A stretch of DNA of 63,036 bases, filler included, from Cercozoa sp. M6MM (lineage: Eukaryota; Protista; Endomyxa: Ascetosporea), in assembly GCA_040357565.1 (NCBI GenBank). It is 12 parts of 12 records of this genome, joined end to end, with 100 filler letters (N's around TTAATTAATTAA, not from the genome) between each part and the next. Parts side by side here need not be neighbours in the genome. Positions count along the whole stretch, not along the records: positions 11,837 to 28,461 come from JBDODJ010000282.1; positions 28,562 to 34,254 come from JBDODJ010000864.1; positions 34,355 to 38,991 come from JBDODJ010001092.1; positions 39,092 to 45,385 come from JBDODJ010000757.1; 8 more parts are not named here. The stretch is one strand, 5' to 3'. The first letter of the stretch is position 1, and every line of letters begins with the position of its first letter. Shown piece by piece: positions 24,601 to 39,263 of the stretch. A model generated the notes under the pieces. It had not been told where the DNA came from and made no database searches. It worked only from the letters and a program-made list of their open reading frames with translations. The position numbers were made by a program, and so were the translations under genes.

Positions 24601-25666
24601 CTCTCTCTCTCTCCCGTACCGGTGTCACATTTCCGCTTATAGCTATGCTGTGAACATATGCAACCTCGTTGAGCTTGCACTGTCCTCAGCCTGTAAGATT
24701 TACTTTGATCGAGAAAGGTACAAGTGTGCGTGGATGGATTGGAATCTGTAAACCCGGCAGCCCCGTTGCTGAGCAACGCATATCACCGCTTCGTGTTGCA
24801 GCGCATGGCATCGCAGCTCCTCGACCTGTATGTCTCCTCTGTGGAGCGCTTTTTGTCTCAGCTTTTTGTGTAGCTGGCTAGGCGCTGTCATGAAATGCAA
24901 CGTCCCGGTGTCTGAAATGGCTGCTCAACAGCTGCTTTTGGATGCACACATGCTGAAGGTGTTATCTACAACACCAAACCTCGGATTGAAAGACGGACCT
25001 TACATTGCCTTTTGCAGGTCACTTTAAATCGTGCACCGACTTTGGGTGTTTCAGGTAGCACGATACGGAGTTTGTTTCACTTATACTCATTCTCAGGTGT
25101 GTGGGACAGCTGGTCGTGGGGCACGTAGCTATGTCGAACTCGTGAGCAAGCGGTGCAGTCAAATCGAAGCTGTACTGAAGACGCTCGCTACGCCTCTGTC
25201 GCAGTACTGCCCACACACTTTCATCCATGTTGCACTTTTTCGTGCTTACGTTACTGCTTAGGTGCGTCGACACGTTTCGGGCTTTGTGGCCGCAAGCTCA
25301 CACAGATGATTTCCGCTCAGTACTATGCCTCCGGGTATGTTTCGCACTTCTAGCGTTTTGCCCTGTATCTGCCGCTTTCTTTAGGGCATTACCCAGTCGA
25401 TTATGACGTCCAAAGTCGCGCAATACGAAGGTACGGGCCTTCGTGCATATGTCGCTATGTTATACTGACGGCGCGATTGCCCAGGGCATGTTTCACGCGA
25501 CGAGCAGCTCGTCGCAGTTTTGCCAGCGCTCGTGCAAGCAACTTTGGACGGGGATTCTAGCAGCACAAGCACGCCACAAGAGAAACCTCCGAACCCAAAG
25601 GAGCTAGGATCCGACGACAATCTAGGCAAGTCGGTGCGCCGCCTTTTCCGAAATGTCGGCAAGTAG
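20792..25666 (+). CDS. VPS53: GARP complex subunit Vps53 (>30 exons)
   Basis: FDPISFLNERFP, SETLVDTICRDVRALDVAKRNL, LKRLHML, DACLVVDALG, RRYAWFRR, IFPRHWNV, AAQQLLLDAHMLK; splices in frame with GT-AG introns. Confidence 0.92.
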
Positions 25667-25870
25667 CTCCCCAGTGAGTCCCCACCCCCCATCGTGTGAC
25701 GTGCTTAGGACTTCATGCATGGCTGGCTGCTCTGGAGGTATCGCACGGCACTGGCATCGCATTGCCTGCCCGACCGCGACCAAGATATTCGTAGTTCGGC
25801 GTTCGGATAAAGTTTCCGAGTCGGTTCCATGCACGACAGGACTCAGTAGCAACTAACTTAACTCACTATA

Positions 25871-25917
25871 GATAGTCTACTAAGAAACCAACTAGTTCCC
25901 CTGTACCAGTCCTGGGG
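25871..25917 (-). repeat. Dispersed element copy D
   Basis: Reverse complement reads GGACTGGTACAGGGGAACTAGTTGGTTTCTTAGTAGACT. Confidence 0.75.
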
Positions 25918-26157
25918 TGGGTCACAAGCGCATGGCCGTGATCCACCGCCCGCTTAGGATGGGGCCATCCAACGAAACTCACTATGTACAGTTCGTTTAC
26001 GTCTCTGCCCGCATAATTAATACGATAATTCAAGGCATTATCGTAACCAAGACTGAAAGCAGGGTGCACGTTTCGTTTGAGCGAAGCCGAGTCGAGCTAC
26101 GTGGTGTACAACCAAAACCCCGCAGTGACGCCACAGAGTCCTCGAGTCAGTTTTGGC

Positions 26158-27315
26158 TTACATCTCTAACAGCCAGTTAATAAGCGACGGGGCTTGCGAG
26201 ATACGGCGCTCGTTGTGGTACTGGAGAAACAACAAACAAACGTGGTATCGATGTAGAGTCCAAAATGCAAGGAAACAGAGTACTAGGTATCGCATCGACG
26301 CAGCTAGGCTTCGCATGATGTTGTGCTGCTGGAACTCGACTACACAAAAAAATCAGCACATGCAAGGACAATAAGCAAGGACAATAAGCAAGGACAATAA
26401 GACTGCAGGAAGAAACATACACAGGTACATGACGAGTGCCCAGACGGCTGCACCAAAGATACGGTTGCCATGCTACGGACATGAAATAAGAGCAAAAGTC
26501 TAGAGGAGAAACGCTTGCAGCAGCAGTGTACCCTGGTGTGCGGAATTACGCGTTGTTCAACGGCAGTGTGCACGAGGCCGAGCATCACACGGGAAAACAC
26601 GTACTGCACCTCCGGTGTTATCGATTAGCTGAATGTACAAATAAAAGGTACCAAGTTGATCTGGCGCACGACGGGGTTGTCTTGACCAAAAATAAGGGCG
26701 CCGCCTGTTACGGTACATGTTCGTGCTTGAGCAGACAAACAAGGAATTAAACAAAAACGTCCTACCAATTGCGCCTGCAAGCAGGTGCTGCCACGGATCA
26801 CCGCGACGCCTCAAGCCCTTTAGGCAACACGCTTACAGTTGCACAATGCACGAACTCATTCAGGTGTACATTGGTCGTGTCGGTATTTTTCGCCATGGCA
26901 CGAAGCAGCTTCAACGTCGCCTTAAACACCAGTACGTACCTGCATAAAGGATGCTGTTTGCATCTTTACATCTAAAATAACGCTGAATTGTACGTACAAT
27001 GCAAGGTTGCGCGCGTGGTTCGCGGTCGCCTTGGTGATTTGCTTTAACATTGTTCGCCAGTCACTCCGACGAAACAACAGCGTCCTATCATAAAAAAACG
27101 ATTTTGGCATCAAATTCCACGCTTTGCTCAGCCTACATCACAGCGGCGTGCGGAAGGCGAACACGAGTGCCATAGACAGCGCCTGAACGAAAACAAAAAG
27201 GTGACGACGATCAAGGTGCGGAGATTTGTGACAAGCCGGAACCATTGCGTAGGCCGCGCAAGAGGTCCCAGAACAGGCCACCCGAGTCAGCGTGGTCGTA
27301 TACAGTGAGTCCCAT
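26158..27315 (-). CDS. PXMP4: Peroxisomal membrane protein 4 (Tim17 family)
   Basis: LRGLRNGAVYGTRVRLPHAAVMTLLF, ATANHARNLALYVLVFK, QINLYVFSRV, GAAVWALVMYLFE, SLAASMRYLY. Confidence 0.9.
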
Positions 27316-27749
27316 GCCTGCTATAAGCTAGTTCTGAGTGTTCACACCAGTGCACACCCCGCCAGCACGCCAATAACGTCGCGTGGACACATTATTTTGT
27401 TTTAGTTTTAGGTTGTTGCGTAGAGTTTTACTTTTCATGTATGATTCCCAGCCACGCAGCCACAGGACTTGTACCAGCCACTAGGACAGCTTCAGTAACA
27501 GTGCACAGTAAACTGAATAGTGTCCGAGTCGCCGTTACAACTGAACTTGAACTGAAATCGAGTACGACTTAGAGTCGCGATTGAGTAAGCTACTGGTGGC
27601 CTTGTTCAAATGGCGCAAGATTGTGTCCCCGGCCGCGCCGCGCGGCGTCTGGGTATCGAAAGGGGGTGGTCGTATCGTACAGTATCGACTCGCTCGGATC
27701 GAATTTAACTTTAAACGACGAGCAAAAAAGGGATTGGAACTGGGCTGTT

Positions 27750-28380
27750 TCATGCGCTATCATCTTCATCAGCAAGCGAGCGTCGATAAAAATCCACCGG
27801 AATGCCGTCGCACCGTCTTTTTTCTGCTCTTGCTGCACAAAACCGCAATTCAAAGCAAAAGGCAACGGGTAGTATGCCGATACATAATGAGTCAGTGGAT
27901 GTTTGATGCCGCTGCACGTTTACAAAATCCACAGCCTGTGCGAAGCAAACCCATGTAAACGGGACACAAGCAGAGGTAAATAAGCTCGATACAGACACTG
28001 GACTCTCGGCGTGGAAAGCACCGCAGAATCTCTCTGTCATGAGTATTCAATAAAAAGCCGATGTATACATCAGCTAGCCGGTACCAAGAATGATGGCAGC
28101 AGCGTGCTCGTCTGTCGTTGTGTGCTTGTTCCGAACAGACTATATCAACACGTGCATGCACGTTGAAACAGGCACGGAGTACAGAAAGGTACCAAATTGG
28201 CTCGCGCATTGGCTTCGACTGAGGTGAAGGACTCATCTTCCAAGAACAGGCGATCGCGCGACAGAATTGTATCCTAGGGACAAGCTCTACAAACATAAAA
28301 AATCCATCTGTGCAGATCAAATACCGGAGGCATGTGTTGTAACAGAGCAGCGCAGAAACGCTCGGCAAAAGTGGGGTCCC
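27750..28380 (-). CDS. YqgF/RuvX RNase H-fold nuclease (5' truncated)
   Basis: AERFCAAL, LEDESFTSVEA, DEHAAAIILERF match the YqgF motifs DER.TS..A and D..AA.IIL. Confidence 0.75.
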
Positions 28381-28421
28381 CTAGTAGTACCGAGGTACCC
28401 ACAACCTAGACATACGTATGC

Positions 28422-28461
<40 letters not shown>

Positions 28462-29256
28462 NNNNNNNNNNNNNNNNNNNNNNNNNNNNNNNNNNNNNNN
28501 NNNNNTTAATTAATTAANNNNNNNNNNNNNNNNNNNNNNNNNNNNNNNNNNNNNNNNNNNNTCCGGCTCCGGCTCCAACCACAGTCGCAGCACAGACGAA
28601 AAAGAACGGAAAACGAAAGAAAAATTCAAGCGAGAGAGAAGACGCGACTTTTCTTCGTTCGTGTCTTCTCACCGGTGTTGACACCTTGCGGGAAACTGGC
28701 CGGCATTTTGACTGTTCCGCCTTGTAGTACCGACCTGGTGTATTTATACACCACCCCCCCCCCCCCTACTTCTACCGTACTGACCTGTCGCGCTAGTACT
28801 TGGCTGTGTGTACTGTCGTCGCTGGCGTTGACACAATTTGACCTGGCTGCTTCTGCCTTTCTGGCAGTACGCGCATGGTAGAACAGGCAATCCACTTAGC
28901 CACGCCACAATAACGCTAGGCCGAAACTGGGAACAAGGTACAGTACTTTCTTACCAACATTCGATTTTCGTTGCACCCCAAAATTGCCTCCGACGCTGGA
29001 GCCAATATGGGAACGTCTTCTACTCGAATTAAATTCGTACCGCGCAAGAGACTGCCTGAAAAGGTGGTATCATGTCATCATAACTATAGTAAAAGTAGTA
29101 AAGGCGCCAGTCAGCTGTGCACCATTGCGACCTAGGTCCGTCACGGTGTGGTGGTGATAGACGACGGACGTTTCCGCGTTAGTTCAAGTTCAAAGTTCGA
29201 TGGAAGACGACAGGAGACACGCGGTCGCAGTGAACGAATTCAGAATGTGTGGCCGC

Positions 29257-30044
29257 TTAAAGTTGCCACACGGTGAGCAGTAGAGCCGACACGACAGCCG
29301 TTGCGATCTAGAGTCAAGAGATAAGTATGTCAGGTGTACACTGGTCAGGGATTAAGGAGCGAACCTGGAAGCCAGCAACGGAATCATCATCATCATCATC
29401 GTCGGGTGGAGTGGTCTGCGTGGGACCCTGCGTGACAGGCGCCAACGTCGTAGACGGTGGCGACGTGGAGTTGGACGGTGCCGTCGTCGTGGAAACCGGC
29501 GTAGTGGTGCCAGGCGGCGCCGTGGTGGTGTCGTTGGCGGCCGCAAAGTCGGGCACCACGGCCATCTGCACGTCCATGCCGACGCCCGAGTCGTCCAGCA
29601 GACGCGAGCGCACGCCGAACGGGTCCTTTGTATATACATTAAAAACATACATCTCTGTATTTGTGGACATGTATTGGTGTAATATTAGTAGAGCAAGCTA
29701 CTTGGTAGTAGACCTCGGTGATCTGGATGCTGGACTCGTTGACGGAGGAGTCGTTGAGCGCGAGCCAGAGCGAGTGGCGGATCTCGTCGAGTTTCTGCTG
29801 CAGCGCGAACTGCGCCTCGTTAAGATCGGCCGACAGCGAGGTCGGGTCGACGCTGAGCGACAGACAACCCAAGTTTTTTAGTTCTAACTTGGGTTGTCTA
29901 CGTCGCCGTCCGTGCTGGTGGACACGTTGAGCGAGTTGACCGTGGTGCTGTTGTCGGCGTTGCCGCCGTTGCCGTCGGACGAGACAGCTTCCAAAAGGGA
30001 CAGCCATGTTTTGAGCTTTTCGCAAGCTTCAGAGTGCCTTGGAC
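29257..30044 (-). pseudogene. 5'-truncated GPI-anchored mucin-like surface protein fragment with a 38-bp palindromic insertion
   Basis: NxS/T-rich domain, T/P stalk, poly-D, hydrophobic tail IATAVVSALLLTVWQL*; no signal peptide; frame broken at 29862-29899. Confidence 0.6.
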
Positions 30045-30101
30045 CTAGACAACCCAAGTTTTTAGTTCTACACTTACCATAGTCAGCCCTAAAGCTTGGA
30101 A

Positions 30102-30174
30102 GGAACAGGGAAACTATATAGCTGGTTTCTTCGTAGACTGAACTAGCTATGCTCCTCTAGTATGCTACTCGACG
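30102..30174 (+). repeat. Dispersed element copy E
   Basis: GGAACAGGGAAACTATATAGCTGGTTTCTTCGTAGACTGAACTAGCTATGCTCCTCTAGTATGC. Confidence 0.72.
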
Positions 30175-30193
30175 ACAGAAAATAGACGGTACG

Positions 30194-33100
30194 CTAGTCA
30201 AGGAACATTTCGTCCACGAGCGCCTTGCGTGCGAGGTTTCGTTTGCCCAGGAAGGCACGCACGTGTTGCACGAGGTAGTTGCACAGCAGCACGAGAGCGC
30301 ACGCGGAGAAGACGTCTTGAACAAGCGCTTCCAACAGCGGCAGCAGCAGCAGCGACGTCACGTGCATTTGCCACTCCAGACCAGACAGAAGCAAGGACGC
30401 GAAGGAGTAGTTTGCGTCATCAACGAACAAGGAGGTCCGACTGTCCGGGTGGAACGGACGTGCACCCATTTTAGTCTCGAGCCACGACGTGTTTTCCCTG
30501 TGAAACTCTCTTCCTATCTCCAGCATAACATTAAGCAAAACAGGGAGGCTGAAACTTACGGTGCCACGACCTGCCAAGGGAACTGTCGCAGTTGCCTTCG
30601 CACGAAGAGTTTCAGAAAGCGTTCTCTGGCATGACTCGCTTCAAACAAGCGCTGGTCTCCCCTCTGATTTTACTTCATTCGGTAGGTTCTGAAGTCAGAA
30701 AGAGTCAGACACTACCGAAACTGCCTGTTGCGAGTCCCACGCTGTGTCTGCAGACAGCGGTCGAGCAGCAGGGTGCAAGGCAGCACCCAAATGGTCGAGT
30801 TTGTGTCGTAAAGCTGCCGACGTAAAGACTTCGAAGACATCGCGGACCCCGCCGCTTGCTGAAGGCATGTGCTTTTATCAGATGCGTGCAAGTATCTGGA
30901 TAGGTATTGACTAGTAATTTACCACTCAATGTGTTCTTTTCTGTACTGTCAAGAAGCCCGCGCGGTCGCACGAGTCCACGCCTGCGCAGTTGCACCTTCA
31001 AGTGTTTCACGCATCTATCTACGAAGCCCTACCTCTCTCTTTCCAGCTGCGCTCGCAGTTCTTGCAACGACGCATCAGCACAAGCGTGACACGACTTTCC
31101 GTGCAGATAGAAACTGCACACTCGCTTGTGTTGAATTTGTAGTGAAGACAGGTATCTCAACTACCCATGAAAGGCTTCGTCAAGACAGAGTAGCGATGTG
31201 TTAGCCTGGCAGGAAAAGAGGGTAGCTGGGTTCACGTGACGCCAGAGGTTTGAGAGAGTACCAACGTTAGAACGTCAACAAAGCGCGAAACCTCGTCTTG
31301 TGCAGTGCGTGTTCTTGAAAGCACGAGTCGTCTCAGTGCAAACAACAGTGCACAAGCCACGGCAACAATGCACGCACTCAGACCGAACTGCAAGATCGCC
31401 GAGGTTGGAGCATTCTGCTTTGACACAGCGAAGCATGACCTCTCAAACTGCACTACAGGAAAGAACTGAAGACACAGTACGGCGTTATCGCTGGTTTTGG
31501 GAGTGAGCGATGCGTAGGAAGAGTCAAAGTTCAGTGCGACACGAACAACAACGACAGACGCGAAGACCACCTGTACTTTGACTTTATTAGACCGATACTT
31601 CACACTCCGACCTCGTAATACCAGTGGCGAGATCGATCGTCGCGCCTGCAGTTCGGACCATTCGTTGGCCACAAAGATGCCTCTCCAGGCTGAGTTTTGC
31701 TTATTCTGCAATACCAATCAAAGGGCATTGTACTATCGTGTATGCAGATCTGTTTAAAGTTACCTCATCGTGAGGTTCCCAGTCCATTAAAATGACGTCA
31801 CAAAAACTCTGTCGCCACAGGGAGTGGAACAAAGCGAGCACGCTGCACACCATCGCGGTTGTGCACACGCCTACCCGGCACACATGACTCTGATATCAAT
31901 TCCCATCATTACGACGGATGCGTGACATACCATAAAAAGCACTGTGTGCACTGTCCGAAGGATCCAACAAGAACGACTGTACAAAAGCAGATATATCAGG
32001 TAGGCACAAGTTCGAACGATGAAGGTGCTACCGGAGCAGTTTGTGCTTTGGTGAGAATCACAGTCATGAGCGACCACAGGCCCAGGAATATTGCCGTTAT
32101 TGCCGACCACCACCTTTGAGAAGCACTGCTTAATCTGGCATTTCCATGGAAGCAAGTGGTACCGACAAGCAGTCAAAAAAGCAAAAGTTAACGAGTCAAA
32201 ATCGACCACGAAATTCTGTCGCAGTCGACGACGTTGCCAAGCCCACATCTGCACAGTTTAAGGATTTACACAGAGGTAAATGGTGTAGAAGAGGGATAGA
32301 AACACCTTAAAGCCTGCGATGGTAAAGGCCACAATCGACAAAGCTGCAAGCGTCGCCGACCACACGGACCAGTAGGCACCGAGCGAAGAATTCTTCCACA
32401 CCACGAGTACCTATGAATGATTACTTTCACATTTCTCTAAACATACCCGTACTAAAAGCAATTCCTAGTCACCTCTGTCACGTCTTTGGTATCATCTGTG
32501 AACTCGAGTTCAATGAAAGGTCGAAGCAACTGCCGCTTTTCCTAAGACACAATCCAGTCAAGTTGCAATTAAGAGACAGTTCGTAGAGAGGCACCTCATC
32601 GCTCGCATCGACATTCGAAGTCTCCACGACAAAGTTTAGCACAAATCGCTTCAGTTTCTTTGTGTTACTGTCCTTCCACGCGGAGACTCTTCGCCTGATA
32701 GCAAGGCAAGTGATATTTAGGCCTGTGAATTGAAAAACTGAATACCGTGTACCAATAAGTGTCATCGCTGCCGACACGCGCCGGTACCAGAACGTGGGAC
32801 TCTGTTTTTAAACTCGTTTAACGAACTGGAAGTCCAAAGAAGACATTTTACCTGTGCTTTCGTCCAGCAGATGGAATTCTAAGAAAAGCTCCTCGAAAAC
32901 GTCGTTGCACTTGAGTTCAACTCTGCACAGCCATTATGGTAGACATGTTTACAGCAACCCGAAAGGTAATTTCAAGATCACCCTTGACCGACATTCGCAG
33001 CTTCCGAAAGAATGGAATCGCCAGCACAGAAGAGCTGCGTTTGGCCGAGCAATTCGAAGCTGAGAAGCGTGCCGTTTTGCGCGAACTTGGCGACGCGTAG

Positions 33101-34044
33101 TTCCACAGAGTCTTCAAGTCCGACACTATAAAATATCGGCGCATTCAAAAAAGGTCAGTTTCTCAAGTTGACATACCTAAACACGGTGTCCTTGAGAAGC
33201 ACCGCGTCTGTGACTTGTGTGCTTCCGTAAACAGAGCACGCTGTTTCGTTCCCTTGAGCACAGTAGTTCAGTACGGCACTGCAAGAGTACGAGTTGCGAG
33301 TGCTCTCGTCTTCCAAGCACAGAGCGTAGTGAGCCTCCAGCTCGGTGTCAGTGTTGGAGTATTGAGCCAACTCGGTTTGTGCGGTCGCTAAATCGCTGTC
33401 TTTCACGCAGGTTTCCAGCTTCTCCGTCCATCTGATATGAAAAAAGGTCTCATTTAACCAAAGGAAACGGAGGCTGGTTAGTACCCTGGAGGGCATGCAC
33501 AAGAACCGGCAGAGAAAACCATTCGACTGCTGCACTCGACTTCGCAAGTGAATGAGTCAAGCTTTGCGCTGTTTTGGGGACACCTAAATTAACAAGAGGA
33601 CAGTCAGTACATCTAGCCCCTGCTAAGCTTCACTTTACTGCATGCACGTCATTTCTGAAGCAGTTTCGACAATGATACGGTCGCTTCCGCAAACGCACTC
33701 TTCCGTTGCTACAGATTGCACATACATTTCGACTGTATCTTCACTGTAAACTGAGTGAATGTACTCGCGTTGTAAGGTGCTGATGCAGCACATGGCAAAC
33801 ATTGAGACCGATCGTTGGACGACATGAAACCGCTGCCGCAGGCGATACAAGAGTCGCTGGCGGAATCGTAGCGGTGCTGCCGGTCGCAAATGCACACAGA
33901 GTCGGTGTCACCGCTGGCTACAGTCCGGAAAGCGTTGGTGAACACTATGGCGCTGCACGTTTCACACTCCATGTTCTCCAGATCAAGTATGCACCCCAGC
34001 ACTGCCTGCGCTAGAAGGCACCACAATGCCCATTGACGCCGCAT
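30194..34044 (-). CDS. TMEM67: Meckelin (ciliary transition-zone protein)
   Basis: Signal peptide and Cys-rich N-terminus; DVILMDWE, SAWRGIFVANEWSELQ, RPRGL, C-terminal LGKRNLARKALVDEMFLD*. Confidence 0.9.
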
Positions 34045-34365
34045 CTAGGGTTTCCTGCTCAATCTGCAGTGTCGAACTGAGTACAAAACACTGTCGAGTG
34101 TCAAATTACGATTTTTGGTATTTATTCGGTCCGCGCGGATGTACAGTAAATTAAACTTAAACATGCAACTGCCAGCTGCTATGATTGATAATGTGTTGCC
34201 AACGCAGTGGATCGCGTGTGGCTACTCGTTTAAGGTGTTGTCTCGCATTTTTGANNNNNNNNNNNNNNNNNNNNNNNNNNNNNNNNNNNNNNNNNNNNTT
34301 AATTAATTAANNNNNNNNNNNNNNNNNNNNNNNNNNNNNNNNNNNNNNNNNNNNCCCCCCCCCCT

Positions 34366-35426
34366 AGAACGAGTGTACACGCAGGTAGATGTCGAGGTCT
34401 TCGCGCGCACTTTCTTCGGCCGATTCGCAGAGAATCACGATGCGCCTGGGGGGTAAAGTGGGGGGTAAAGTGGGGGGTAAAGTGGTGTCGGGTAAGGGAG
34501 GGTTAGAGAGGGGGATAGAGAGGGGGGGTAAAGGGGGGGTAAAGAGGGGGGTAAGAGGGAGTACTTGTGACTGCCGCCGTGCTTCTGCACAGCCGTGATG
34601 GCCGTGATGGCGGCAAAGATCGAGTAGCCGTCATCGGCACCTGCTCACACCGTCCCACGTGACTCAGTGACCCAGTCAGTCAGTCAGTCAGTCAGTCAGT
34701 CAGTCAGCCAGTGACCCAAGCAGTGTGACACGTGGGACTACCTCCGCGGCCGTACAGTTTGCCGTCCTTCAGCACCGGTTCGTGCGGTGACAGTCCGTCG
34801 TTCCACAGCGACTGGGGAGAAGTTAAGATGGTTAAAGGGGCGAAAGGAATAGAGTCTACCTGATCGAGCGGCGGCTGCTTGTCAAAGTGACCATACATCA
34901 ACACACTGTCGTCGCTGTCGCACTGGAAGGACGCGATCTCCACAATCAGCAGACTACACAAGCAACAATATCCTTTGGCCTCGCTTTCACCCGTTTAACT
35001 CCCCCCCCCCCTAGCTTCGACAAAAATGTACGGAGTCAAGCCGTCCTTAGTGACAACGCGGTAGGCGAGACCTTGCACCTCCTGCGACATGACACAAAAC
35101 ACTCTCCAAGCTCAACTGAAACACAGCCTTAACTTGAACTGAAAGCAAAAAAATGCACAAAGTGCCTGAGCATCGATCCAGCCGGTGATCACTTGGAGTG
35201 CCTGCTCCTGCAGTCCATTTGTGGCCCAGTCGGCGTCGAAAGCCGGCGATCTGACACAACAATTTAAAAAGTTATGCAACTGCCAAAAGTGTCATTTCAG
35301 TTTTTTTTTTGTGCCAGCGAAAAGTTTGTGCTACTGGTTCGGCACGCGCATGTAGTCCATCAGGGCCGGCACCACGCTGGCATCGGTGTGCTGCTGGCAG
35401 AACTGCTTGACGGCCTGTGTATCCAT
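34366..35426 (-). CDS. M20 family metallopeptidase (3' truncated)
   Basis: YMRVPNQSPAFD, LMYGHFDKQPP, GKLYGRGGADDGYSIFAAI, ILCESAEES. Confidence 0.9.
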
Positions 35427-35831
35427 ACCTGACCAAATACAACAAGCGTTTCTTGCCAAAACATGCAACCCATGGGAGCTCGCACTTTTTCTATGCTATT
35501 GTAGCGGCTGTGTGCGTGAAACTGTCACCAACAAAGAACAATTCGCGTTGTATGCACTCCTTGTCCAGTCTCAACAAAATTGCAAATCAAAAACATTTTT
35601 GCTGTGCCGGAAAGATGAAAGAATCCAGCTCGCGTCCCTAAACCTGGCGAGGCGCGTGTCGGTGTGCCTCGTTGGTGTTGCACGCGCGTGGGATACCTAA
35701 AGTGACATCGCGCAGCCAGCGGGACCCAGTTTCAGCCGTGATCGCAGCAACGGCCGGTGAGTATATCTCTGTGATCAGTTATTGTTGTCGTTGCTGTTGT
35801 GGATCGAGACAAAGCTGACACTGCGCAGAAG

Positions 35832-38963
<3,132 letters not shown>

Positions 38964-39091
38964 GTAGCTTGACCCCCTTACCCCCCCCCCCNNNNNNNNN
39001 NNNNNNNNNNNNNNNNNNNNNNNNNNNNNNNNNNNTTAATTAATTAANNNNNNNNNNNNNNNNNNNNNNNNNNNNNNNNNNNNNNNNNNNN

Positions 39092-39215
<124 letters not shown>

Positions 39216-39263
39216 GTATCTATATCTATATACATAAATGTATACATATACAACTAGGGAAAG

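Noticed and set aside
26932-26997. GTACGTAC direct repeat at both ends of a PXMP4 intron as a target-site duplication
   Set aside because: The motif equals the common donor sequence, so a chance match is likely
28562-29040. Possible terminal exons of another gene
   Set aside because: No consistent frame or recognisable motif on either strand
34954-35031. M20 intron start reads through as PYIFVEA, resembling the next exon PLLIVEIA
   Set aside because: DNA similarity is weak and short; cannot be distinguished from chance
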